Under the pieces are notes generated by a model that saw nothing but the letters and a program-made list of their open reading frames with translations, did no database searches and was not told the DNA's origin. Both the position numbers and the translations under genes were made by a program. DNA of 64,000 nucleotides, from positions 6,448,001-6,512,000 of the forward strand of contig CM074521.1 in NCBI GenBank assembly GCA_037379345.1, given 5' to 3'. Below, piece by piece: positions 37,473 through 48,960 of the stretch. This stretch comes from Perna viridis (lineage: Eukaryota). How positions within the stretch are numbered: the first letter of the stretch is position 1; each line of letters begins with the position of its first letter.

Positions 37473-38010
37473 TTATAATTGAAGGTGGACGATTTTAAGG
37501 TCCTTAGATTATAATTAAAGGTGGACGATTTTAAGGTCCTTTTCTTCAAAACGTTAATTACATATAGGTCTTTGACGATGTAACGATCACCGGATATAAC
37601 ATGACCAAAGTGCTCATATCTGAATTTGGATAGTGTATAGTCTCACGATAAAGGAGATAATCTTCATTAACATCCGAGGTAACGTGTAATTATAAATTGA
37701 ATTTCAAATAGACATTTATAGCTATAAAAACAATTGCTGGTTCAAGATTATCAAAATAGGGAATTATAAGATTTTGAACTCTTCTGTCATTACATATGCT
37801 AGATAAAATTATGAAATCAATACCTCTATTGATGTATTTAATGCTGAAATCATATCTTTTATGATCTTCAAATGTTTCTATACGTGGGATCAATGTATGA
37901 TAATAAACAGCTCTAATTATAAGAGCATCCTCGTAAAAAGATATATTTTCACTTTCTTTGACGAAAAAGAGCAACTTACGTAGAGGTCAAAAACCCATTA
38001 TAATATGACG
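37473..38010 (-). mobile_element. Degenerate Penelope-like element (Naiad-like) ORF fragment upstream of the RT core
   Basis: HKRYDFSIKYINRGIDFIILSSICNDRRVQNLIIPYFDNLEPAIV ... GHVISGDRYIVKD ... KGP*NRPP resembles the N.GID.I.L.SI..D, GHV.TGD and KGPKYR blocks. Ends in a 36-bp tandem duplication (37473-37541). Confidence 0.65.
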
Positions 38011-38149
38011 TTCTTCAAAGCGCTATAGACCATAATCGTGATAAAAAAGTGATAAACACATTACCAACGTTTCTGACAACTCATAGGCTGTGTTTATCAA
38101 AAATATGGTGAAACTAGTCCTATAATCATCGAAATAAATCGCGAAAAAT

Positions 38150-38271
38150 CCATTTTATCGTTGTTTTACCACGGGCTTGACATTTATGTCGTTATGTAAC
38201 CCCTCGCTACCGCTCGGGTAAAACAATGTGACATAAATGGCCGGCCGTTTCTAAAACAATGATAAAATGGA
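38150..38271. repeat. Imperfect palindrome centred on CCCTCGCTACCGCTCGGG (Crypton-like non-autonomous element signature)
   Basis: CCATTTTATCGTTGTTTTA..CATTTATGTC..ACCC / GGGT..GACATAAATG..TAAAACAATGATAAAATGG. Confidence 0.5.
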
Positions 38272-39333
38272 GTTTCGTTTATTTATTTCTTAAAATTAAA
38301 AATATTAGGTGAATCCTTAAGTGAAAAATCGGTGCGTTGTTTAACACGGTCATTACGATTAATTCGTGGACCATGAGACCTACGACTCGGTTCCCTTTCG
38401 ATGACAATATCCATGACGTTAATAGACGAAGTTTGAAATAAGTTCGCTTTACCTATGTTGTTATGATTAAGAATTAAAGTATAAGCGGTTAATAGTTGTT
38501 TTTTTTTTAAATTCAATTCACTTTTGTTGTTTATTATGTATTTTCAGACACTTCATTTTTTTTGGGTAAATTTGGAGCAGAAAAAAAAGAACAAAAATAC
38601 ATAACGGTAGTCCTTTCGGTATTGAGATCTATATTTTATTCTTACTTGATAAATCATTTTTATAACGTCAATTTCAAACGAAAAAAACTTAGACGGGTTA
38701 TGTTGTCGGTTCTTGTGAATGAGAAACAAACTTGAATTAATTTGATTTTACATGAATTGTTCATCTACTGTCGTATGTTTAAAAAGATTGATACTGAATA
38801 TTTCCAACAAAAAAGTTTTTCACACCAATTTGGGATTCAAAATTTGACATTGTAGTGATTGTTTTGTACGCTTTTTTGAAATATCATGTCAGTTAAACGC
38901 CTTTTGTATACGTAGTATGTTGACAATATGTGAAAAAACTAAAACTTATCGATACAAAAATCTTTATTAATGTAGGTGATAAGTTGAAACGGAACACCAA
39001 ACAAACAAACCATAAACAAACAAACAAATAAATCCAAAAAGAAAAAACGAGAAAAATAATATTTAGAAATTTTATAACCGCATAAAAATATTGGCTAAAT
39101 ACATCTTCTGATGTACACTGCACGGAGTAAACACAACAGTACTAAACATTTTACACAGCAAACATATACATTTGTGATTTTCGTAAGAAAGCTAAAGTAC
39201 CTGAACCAGTCCATGCAACAAACATTGCGATCAGTGATCGATCACCTGATCAGACTTCGATCCGTCAATCCGATCCATAACACTGGTGATCGCATAACGT
39301 GACCACAGAGCGGTCAATATAATTTACTGATTC

Positions 39334-39464
39334 NNNNNNNNNNNNNNNNNNNNNNNNNNNNNNNNNNNNNNNNNNNNNNNNNNNNNNNNNNNNNNNNNNN
39401 NNNNNNNNNNNNNNNNNNNNNNNNNNNNNNNNNNNNNNNNNNNNNNNNNNNNNNNNNNNNNNNN
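39334..39464. other. Assembly gap
   Basis: Run of N. Confidence 1.
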
Positions 39465-39487
39465 CAATGCAATGCAAATTTTTGGCA

Positions 39488-39582
39488 GTTCCCCGGCGGG
39501 ACTCGAACTCGTACCGCTGTGACATCTATGGCAACAGTGATTGCACAAAGTCCAGCGCCCTAGACCACTCGGCCAGCTAGGC
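39488..39582 (-). mobile_element. tRNA-derived SINE-like head (Pol III A and B boxes), not a canonical tRNA
   Basis: GCCTAGCTGGCCGAGTGGTCTAGGGCGCTGGAC...GGTACGAGTTCGAGTCCCGCCGGGG. The anticodon region is irregular, and a second copy lies at ~34610-34690. Confidence 0.7.
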
Positions 39583-40285
39583 TATATAAAAATATAGCTT
39601 TCCGGGTCATTCCTCCTCGTAGGATTAATCTAGGGCTGTAACGTAGTACACGATGTATGGTAGTACGGGACAGTTCATTTAGACCACTATAGACGTTATA
39701 TATATATAGTCAAAAGGAATCTGCCAACAAATGACCTTCTTCAGTGCCTTAAATAAACTGAGTGTGTATGAAAGTAAATGGTATGTGAACACAACTCACT
39801 ACCTAATCAGGTGAATACCTGTGCCGTATAAAATTTTACCGACAGTAAGGTCATTTGTTGACTGAAAATTTTGCCCATTATATATTTTATTATAGTGTGT
39901 TAACATCTTTATCGGTATCGTTGTACAATCCTTTAGACTTATATAATTATTTTTGTTTGTGCTGCATCGTCATGACTGGACGATCCGATACCCATTAAGT
40001 TTGCTGGTTGGCAGATTCCTTTAGACTATATATATATAAACGTCTCAGAATGTGGTCACCGGTCATCAGTTATCGATCTGTCAGCGATGTATCAGTAAGC
40101 GGTCATCAATCCGTCGAATCGTTGCGCGAATCGGTTCAGGGACTATAACTTCAAAGTAATTTTCACTTAGTGCGTTCGATACGACATACGTATAAATAGA
40201 AATATATTTGTCTTTCTTTCATAATACGAATTTGCTATTTTTGTTTGAATATAAAATGTAATCCTCTTAGGTTTGCCCATCCTTT

Positions 40286-40497
40286 TTAGCACTTTTCGTA
40301 GTAGTAGTCACTAACTTTTTCACCTAATTTTGTCTGGCTTGTCTGATAAAAATTGCAGCTTCCATTAGGCGTGGCCTCATAGCCAATGCAATTACTATTT
40401 ATAATACATATTGCTGCACATCTTATATTTCCGGTGTTCTGAACAGAAAACAGCTTCAACACAGGAGCCTTTTTGGTTTCTCTGCAAAACGTATATT
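40286..40497 (-). CDS. Fucolectin-PAN gene B, last coding exon (PAN/apple-like domain)
   Basis: Acceptor TTCCAG; EYTFCRETKKAPVLKLFSVQNTGNIRCAAICIINSNCIGYEATPNGSCNFYQTSQTKLGEKVSDYYYEKC*. Same length (212 nt) as gene A's last exon. Confidence 0.85.
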
Positions 40498-41964
40498 CTG
40501 GAATTAGAAAAAAAAAATATCCGTCTATTCAACACTCATTCCCGTTAAGTATATTTTGATCCGATCTTTTGGACATCTTCAACACGAAGTCATTACCAAA
40601 CTATATTTACGATAATATTTATTTGAAGTATTGTTAGGATATGAATAGAAAGGGAAATGCACTAAGGATTATGTTTGCATACCATTCGATCTCAATAATA
40701 CAAAAGTGAGAGTGGTGTGTGCCAGCCACAAATTGAGTAGAGAAAGCGAAAGAAATTAGACTATTACTTATTCTATTCCTTTATTTAAACCCTGTGGTTT
40801 AGGTTTTAATAAACCATAGTCAGAACTATTTCAACTCAAATTTGAGAATAAGTTTAACAGCGATGAAGTTTGATCGTAGAAAGGGTATTGTTTTACTGTT
40901 TAGATATCAATAGTTTTGACTTAAAGAAAACATTTATCAGTTAAGTAGCTGTCTTTGTAAGAATCATGCAAAATCTGAAAAATGTGATACACCCCCAAAA
41001 AAGGCAACATATTTTTATTTTTGTAATTAAGTTGTTTTATGAGTATATACTATAAAATGGGTAATTATTCATTCAAATCTGCCTGCTCTTAAACAACATT
41101 GAAAATCCAACAGATTATTTTGTATTTGAGTGTCATTTACAGAGTTATCTCCCTTAAATTTGAAATCTACAGTGCACTCTATATTTTTTTTATCTCCTAA
41201 GAGCACGGCTTATATGAAAATATGAATGTTTATTCCTGTTTACTATGGAAATTCAAATGAAATATCAGAAATAAAAATATATAGGCTTTTAACCCATGAA
41301 TCACATTTTGCATGCTTCTTAGCTGGAGTGCTACTTAAGAGTTCTGAAGTATCCATAACAATTAGTTTGTTGTAGTGTAAGGAATGACGTCATGTATGGA
41401 GGTGAACATTGTTTCAATAGCGCTAATTCAAGAAATATGAATACGGAACCATATTTGTACAAAATCAAACCACTTATAACTTCATAATCTTGAAAATACA
41501 AAACATTGAAACAATGTTGCTTTGCCTCGTATTAATTAAAAAAAACCCCAAACTTTTAGGTCTGGATCGAAAAATCTTTATAATAAAATTTTTTTAAAGT
41601 GTAGACATCATCATCATCATCATCATCATCGGTCAGGCGGGTAGATGTCAAAACGGCCCTTTCTGCGTCTGACATTCAAAGTAAAGATTTTTCTAAAACA
41701 ACCGTGACATCTCACTTTGGATTTTTTACAAAAAATTAAAGAATAAGAAGTAAACCGGGAAATTTTTGCGTTTTTTTTAGGGTTTCCCGAATAATCTGTG
41801 TTTGTGCTGTTTTAAATCGGCGATCGTTCGTTCCTGAAACAGCATTATAATGTTCATTAAAGAAAACATTCAGGGCACTTATAGCAAATATAAAACTGGC
41901 GAGAAAATGTCACGGACTACAGTTTATTTATATATCTTATGTTCGTTTAAGCAGACTACTTTAC

Positions 41965-42210
41965 CTGGTTTATTTGGACGTTTATATACCAATACTTCAC
42001 ACAACGTCAAAACGTCCAAAGTTGGATCCAGATTCGGTTTGTAAATTTGCAGGTAGCGTCCACCAATCATTTGGTCGCATGCTAAATTGAGAATTGCTCC
42101 ACTTAAACCAGGATGAAAATGACAAAGTTTTCCTTCAACATTATTATATGTTGACCAAGACGGTGTAGCAGGATTGAACAAATAAATAAAGTAATCTTGA
42201 AGTCTTTCGC
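41965..42210 (-). CDS. Fucolectin-PAN gene B, coding exon 3 (C-half of F-type lectin domain)
   Basis: AG/GT bounded, phase 1-1; GERLQDYFIY..LCHFHPG..LACDQMIGGRYLQIY..LTLCEVLVY. Confidence 0.9.
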
Positions 42211-42644
42211 CTGAAATGACAAAGAAAGTTAGATGTTTAAGACATCATAGAAGTGGTCTCTTTATCTTAATTGATGTTACATGGTTATACAATGCTGTTG
42301 AAGGCCGAGATCTATTGTAGTCTTCCAAGAGCAGTAAAAACTGATCGGAAACACAGCTTGTGTATTATATTAAAAAGAAACACATTCCTTATTACATTAA
42401 TTTACTGGTTATTCCAATTCCTTTTCTTGTCTTATAAATAAACATTTACACAAATGGTGTGAATTATCTTTCCATTGTGAAAAAATAAAGTAATTTGAAG
42501 TATAATTTTCTTTCATTAAAACATGATGTTCTAAATAGAAATTGCCATCCATGTTTTTGCACCTATTTTGTGTTTGTTAATATAATGTAACATTACAAAT
42601 TTTTATCAAGCTATACTGGACCCGCTCGAAACGTTAAAAAAACC

Positions 42645-42789
42645 TTAAGGAGGTAGACCTAGGGTAAAGGAATTCTTGGAATCGGTGAAATGTTTGTATC
42701 ATATCCAATTTCACCAAAGTTAATGAAGCTTCCATTTGAAACAGAATGAAATCAGTCCAAGTTGCGTCCCTTACCGTAGGTCTACCTCC
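42645..42789 (-). mobile_element. TTAA-type MITE copy (a partial copy also lies at ~43165-43273)
   Basis: TTAAGGAGGTAGACCTAGGGTAA...CCCTTACCGTAGGTCTACCTCC. Confidence 0.75.
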
Positions 42790-45361
42790 AAAAATAAATT
42801 TGTTAACCGTATAAAGGACTTCTAACAAAAGATATTGTAAATTATGTAGTTATAGTACTTGTGTGGGGAAAGCGTCCCATTGCATGGTATATGGGGAATA
42901 TGGAATAAGGAATGGGTGATGGGGAATAGGGATTGGGATGGGGATGGTATATGTGGGATGGGCATTTTGAATGGGAAGACTGGGGAAATTAATTATATTA
43001 TATTCATTGAAATGAAGAAATATATTAAATTCAATTTAAAAGAACAGCTAAAATATTGAAGAATTTAAAAATATAAAATTTAATTTGATAGTGTAAATAT
43101 TTGAAAGGAAATACGCAATCGGGATAGTATGGGGGATTGAAATTTTTCTATTGGGAATAGGGAATTACAAATTATTGGAACGTTTGTATTCAGCATTTTA
43201 CATCAATCTCATGTGAGCATCAAAGTAACTTGGACTGATTTCATTATATTTCGTCATAGGTCTACCTAATTAAAAGTTTAATTATTGTTATACAAAGAGA
43301 TTAGAATCAGGCACAAGCTATCTAATTTGAAACGTCCTCTCTTCCTTAAGAATAATAAATTTCCTTACAAGAAAATAATTAACATTCAGCAGTTGACATA
43401 ATTTTATTATTAGATGAAGACGTAGTGAGAAGTAAGAAGGAAATAAAGACAAAAAGAAGTGGAGATAACAAGGCATAATGAAATAAAACCATAGATACCC
43501 ATAACTTTATATTAAATAGACGTTCACATATAATTCAGACACTGCCTATACTTGAGGTGATTTATGGTGTAGAAAAACCCACAAACAAACGATGCTTTTT
43601 CAGGCTACATATGCTATACTTTCATATAACAACAATCTTTTCTGCATTCCTATCTGCACTTTTTGGAAAATCATTCAATTATCTCCCATTAAAATAAACC
43701 AAATCAAGCCAAATCAAGAATGATAACTCTCCTAACGTGCAAATGTCACGTACAATCTGTATAATTTTTATCTCAAAAGTGCAACAACCTAATAAAAAAC
43801 TCAGATTATTTTATGTAATCTGTAACTTTTTCTGAACACGAAATCAAACCGAATTAAATGGGTTTTTGACATGCATGAATTACCTTCTGTCTGCTTTTTA
43901 GAAAGACTACTACTTAATGATATTGGTGAATAAGCAAATTAATAAAAACTTCAGCTTTATTTTACTTTCCGCAGCCCGGAATACATCAAGAAATGAGCAA
44001 TCTCTTATGAAGTATTCTTGACTCCCACATTTATTTTGTAAACAATACAAAAATGTAAAATTTTTAATTGATTTTATATTTTTTCTAGTATTACCAAAAA
44101 GAATTGTACATGTATGTATCCAGGCTTGCAAGTTTAAAGTCGAAGCAGCCCGTTGAAAACAATTTTTGTTTTACCATAGGAGATAATGCTATTTAGTACC
44201 TAAAGCATTAGAACAGTAACATGCTCATTCATTTGTACTATTTTTTGTTGTTGAATACTTTAAAAGTATTATAAGTGTTGTGGCGTTTGGGCCTGGACTT
44301 AAGTCATTTTACAAAAAAATGCATTTGTTTTGTTCTCCTCTAATTACTCACTACCATCAATTTTCTTATGAATATCATCGTTCTAATAGTAACTATAGTT
44401 ACAATTTTATCAATCTCAAGTTGATTTTACTCTTTTCTATCCGCGTATTTCCAATTTAAGAAAAGTATTTTATTCATGTTGGAACTGATAGAAATAAGAC
44501 GAGGAAGGTGCACAGAAGGTGCAAACGAGAAAACACCATAGGACAGGATACCGTAGATGCCTTGTATAAAAAATAATAATTATATTCAAGTGTTTCGAAA
44601 CTGTTTCTGCTTTTTATACGCAGTCTCCATTGTAATTTAAATATCAAATATATTCCTTTTCATCGTAACTTTGGATTGCGTTAAAATATTAAGGTATTGT
44701 GAAGTTGTCGTTGTAATTTTCTATTTATTTTTGCCATAACAAACAGAACTGAAAATTATATGAAGGCGTTATGGCAATTAATTGTTTCGATTGTGGAACT
44801 GCGAAATACAAGCTGTATTCTGTAATTTCTAGCATGTAGTTATTACATAAACATCGGTCTTGGCAGTTTGATGTTTACTAACCATTGTTTGGACTCTTTT
44901 TATGTGCAGGAAAAATTACTCATAAAAACATATTATCGATGCATTTAAGGCACATTCTTCACGTTTTATGTAAATCGGTAGGACAAAATTACAAATTACA
45001 TCAGTTGCCATTGATTTCGTCTATATAAGTTTGAATACTAATAATTTTTTAATATCTGTCGGTTTTTAAGAAGTTTATGTTTTCGGTTTCATTGCTTTTT
45101 ATGAATGACGGCCTGGTATTGTCCAGATAACTTAAGAAGAAATAGTTACAAAAAGCTTTTTTGCTAATTCACAGCAGTTGGGAAGATTTTGTACATTATT
45201 CGATACAATAGAAAGAAAACTCACTTTGTGACAAACACAGGATAGTAATAACTACTTAAATTGAAAGCAAAAATGCAATGCAAAAAAAAACACCATTTAA
45301 GGATAAAAATTAATGAATCAAAGGAGTATTTGATTAATATTTTGTTTTAAATACGTCTCAC

Positions 45362-45622
45362 CACAGCAATCTTCTCTGTTATAGATTGATAAGCTATCAA
45401 TATCGTAAAACATGCCAAAATCAACTGCCCACCAGCTCCCGGGGTCATCTGTTTCTGTGTGTGCACAAAACTTATTCTCCGCCACTATTATATTCTGTTG
45501 CAAGTTACCATCGGTAGCAAACGCCGACTTAAAAATTTCAGTTTCAGAATACGATAACGTAGAACTCTGTTTTGAATCTTTCTTTAGAGCAACATTCTCA
45601 CGTGTTTGAATCTGGCTGCTCA
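45362..45622 (-). CDS. Fucolectin-PAN gene B, coding exon 2 (N-half of F-type lectin domain)
   Basis: AG/GT bounded; ENVALKKDSKQSST..ATDGN..CAHTETDDPGSWWAVDFG..IYNREDCC. With exon 3 it gives the H...R-x-D-x4-R fucose-binding motif. Confidence 0.92.
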
Positions 45623-45955
45623 CTAAGTAAAGAAATTAAAGATTCGATATTTACACATCAGTTATAAAATTATTTTGGTATACGTTAGTTTGTTTCGAAG
45701 ATGAACAGAAACAGGTTTATTTATATTTAAGATTTTAAGGTTTCGTTTTCATTACTTTTTTGATGAAATATGTAATTCTCAAAATGCACAAAAATCGGAA
45801 CCAAACACATAAACTTTATTTCTGTTTTAGATCTGAAAAAAAAAGAATACTCATTGTGGCAATTTCCCATTGGGTCATTAAGATCCCTGTTTCTAGTTTA
45901 GTTGATTGTGATGATCTTTTTATATACATTTTATTTATTTTTTTCCTGAACTTTT

Positions 45956-46478
45956 TCCACCCCGTGCGGGTCCAGGTGTCAAGGGAATAGGACCGCGTAG
46001 TGCTAGGCTTGTCGTAAAAGGCAAGTTAACAGTGCTCAGCACCCTGCCCAGGGGCTAGGGCGCTCTGCCCAGAGAACAACAGGGTTGTGTGCCCTAGGTG
46101 GTGGAATGGGGTGGCGCTGGCGTGCTAAATGCTGCGGGCGTCAGGCCATATTACGATAACCTGACCGCAAACCAAAGAGGTGTAACGTATTGGGAAAGTT
46201 GCAACGTTCCTGGCCAGTTATAGAAGCCTGCTCTTGTATTCTTGAGAAGGAACCTTTGCACTCCACCACAAATTGCCTTTCCCGACCCACCTCTCCCTAT
46301 TTCTGGTGGCGGTCAAATTTTGTCGACCATATTATTCTTGTGTCCCATCCCATTTTTCATTTCATCATCTTCATTTCTATTACATTCATTTTATCATCAA
46401 TTTCATGTTCAAAGCCCGGATATAGCTGAAATATTGCTGCCTGGGCGTTAAACTAAAACAATCAATTAGTCAAACAAT
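45956..46478 (+). mobile_element. Short non-autonomous retroposon with 10-bp target-site duplication (LINE-type 3' tail)
   Basis: TSD CTGAACTTTT at 45946-45955 and 46479-46488. GC-rich 5' end containing GCTTGTCGTAAAAGGCAAGT; 3' end GATATAGCTGAAATATTGCTG..GGCGTTAAAC followed by a CAAT-like tail. Confidence 0.8.
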
Positions 46479-46913
46479 CTGAACTTTTATCTTATTGTAT
46501 CCTCCTTTACATAATGGTACAAAAGAATAATTTTTAAATGTATTATCAGTAAATTTGTTGATTTTTGTTCTTAGCTTGGTTTTTGTGATAGCAATCATTT
46601 CTTAACCTTTAAAAACATGCAATTATTTTCAGAAAGATTTAATGTTTATAGATTCATCCCGGAAAATGGTAGAGTTAGTAATATGGTTAAGTTATCTTCG
46701 CCTTATCAAATGACCTTGACCTGAAGAAATTCTTTGATAATGGACAGATAACAAGAAGATCGATTAAAACAAAATCATAACTATTTCACGTATTAAGTTG
46801 ATAGAAAGTTTAATTTTTTTGTCAATTTTATTAATATAGTTATATAATAAATATTATATATTTTAAAAATATAAAGTTGATCAGGCGATTGCCCTTTATT
46901 TAGGAAAAGACAA

Positions 46914-47670
46914 AGCTATAACATGTGACGTGACGTGAACAATGTTTCTAGCTATAACCTGTGACGTGAGGTTAACTATATTACTAGCCATAACCTAACA
47001 CGTGAAGATAACTATATTACTAGTTATAACCTGTGAAGTGACGTTAACTATATTACTAGCTATAACCTGTGACGTGAGGTTAACTATATTACTAGCCATA
47101 ACCTAACACGTGAAGATAACTATATTACTTGTTATAACCTGTGAAGTGAAGTTAACTATATTACTAGTTATAACCTGTGAAGTGAAGTCAACTATATTAC
47201 TAGTTATAACCTGTGAAGTGAAGTTAACTATATTACTAGCCATAACCTAACACGTGAAGATAACCATATTACTAGTTATAACCTGTGAAGTGAAGTTAAC
47301 CGTATTACTAGCTATAACCAGTGAATTGCAGTTAACTATATTGCTAGTTATAACCTCTGAAGTGAAGTTAACTATATTACTAGTTATAACCTGTGTAGTG
47401 AAGTGAACTATATTGCTAGTTATAACCTGTGAATTGAAGTTAACTATATTACTAGTTATAACCTGTGAAGTGACGTTAACTATATTACTAGTTATAACCT
47501 GTGGAATGACGTTAACTATATTTCTAGTTATCACCTGTCAAGTGACGTTAACTATATTACTAGTTAAAACCTGTGAAGTGAAGTTAACTATATTACTAGT
47601 TATAACCTGTGAAGTGAAGTTAACTATATTACTAGTTATAACCTGTGAAGTTAACTATATGACTAGCTAT
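46914..47670. repeat. 36-bp minisatellite (~21 units, TTACTAGTTATAACCTGTGAAGTGAAGTTAACTATA)
   Basis: Direct tandem copies with a recurring 37-bp variant (CCATAACCTAACACGTGAAGATAAC). Confidence 0.95.
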
Positions 47671-48081
47671 AAATCAAAACATATTTATATTTATCTTTAA
47701 CAATAAAAAATCAATTGCAGTACATATCGGTAAATTACTGGTGCACCTGGCCCATGCTCCTAGTTTTTAATGGAGTCCGAGATGCTCCTTTGCTTTTGTT
47801 ACTTTGTGTGTATGATTTTGATTACTTTATATTCTTTGTTGCGTATGTCTGTTTTCCATTTCTAGTCTTTGTCCCTGGACTACATTCTTTTGATAACTGC
47901 CATAACCTTGGTTCCATGGATTACTCTTTCATAAATCGTATGAAAGAGACACTAGAAAAGGATTTACGATCAATTGTAACAATTTAAAGTGCAGGAGTTA
48001 ATTCAGTTCTTCAATGAAACAACCACCATCTTCATGATTTCATGTTTGATGGGGCTGCACACGAAATGACGAAACTATTAC

Positions 48082-48145
48082 CGCATGACATAATATGGCT
48101 AACGGTGATGATCTTCAATACGATACCCTCCATGTGTTCTTGCAT
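48082..48145 (-). CDS. Fucolectin-PAN gene B, first coding exon (signal peptide); predicted full CDS 783 nt, 260 aa
   Basis: Acceptor at 48151-48153; MQEHMEGIVLKIITVSHIMSC-G|GT. Phase matches exon 2 (..VSSQ), and it resembles gene A's leader (TITV..VSTQ). Confidence 0.65.
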
Positions 48146-48832
48146 GTAGTCTGAAAAGACAAAAAACAAACAAATAAAACAATATCATTAAATTGAAATA
48201 AAAAGAAAACAATAAAAAAGAGTATATGTTTGCTCAATAGGACGATATTTCTTCATATTTTGTTAGAATACTCATTTTTATATAAAAAGGACCTAAAATG
48301 CAACTAATAAATTGTATAACTGGATCTTTTCTTTTGCGACAGTCAAATTTTAGCGTTCTTGATAAAATATCATTTGCAAGCTTTTAAATAGTGATATAAA
48401 GTTCTGTTTTGTGCGCTCAAAATTATTTACTAGTACCCCAAATGTCGTTATTGACCGCAAAAATTAAATTCATTAAAAAATAACATAAAATTGTTGAAAG
48501 AAAAGTGCAAAAATTCGTATAAAAATACCAGTCATATATATGGTATCCTCGTTTACTATTTGGGCATATAAAGCTAAAAAACCTGAAAAAAAGATACAAA
48601 AGCAAAACAAAAACTCAAAAAGATTTCTTTTTTGGAAACAATCAGTCTGATTTAGTTTGCTTACGTATATTTAAAAGGAGAAAGGGTGGAATAAACTGAT
48701 CCGGTTACATTAAGGTCTACGGGATGTTTGAAAGACAAAACGTTTTAATCAGGAAACCCGAAAAACGAGATAAATGCATCTCCAAATGGAAGACAGGTGT
48801 TTTATCATCTCCATATTATAATGTAAAACCTT

Positions 48833-48960
48833 NNNNNNNNNNNNNNNNNNNNNNNNNNNNNNNNNNNNNNNNNNNNNNNNNNNNNNNNNNNNNNNNNNNN
48901 NNNNNNNNNNNNNNNNNNNNNNNNNNNNNNNNNNNNNNNNNNNNNNNNNNNNNNNNNNNN
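48833..48960. other. Assembly gap
   Basis: Run of N. Confidence 1.

Larger units (their letters stand above)
39199..40141. mobile_element. Degenerate CCCTG-terminated TIR element with GATC-rich subterminal repeats, interrupted by a tRNA-headed repeat and a gap
   Basis: Left ACCTGAACCAGTCCATGCAAC versus right GTTGCGCGAATCGGTTCAGGG. Confidence 0.45.

Noticed and set aside
39488-39582. Functional tRNA gene
   Set aside because: A and B boxes are present but there is no proper anticodon arm, and it is embedded in a multi-copy repeat.
47247-47700. VITSNIVNFTSQ and LVITCEVKLTIL repeat ORFs
   Set aside because: Translations of the 36-bp intronic minisatellite on both strands, with no supporting gene structure.
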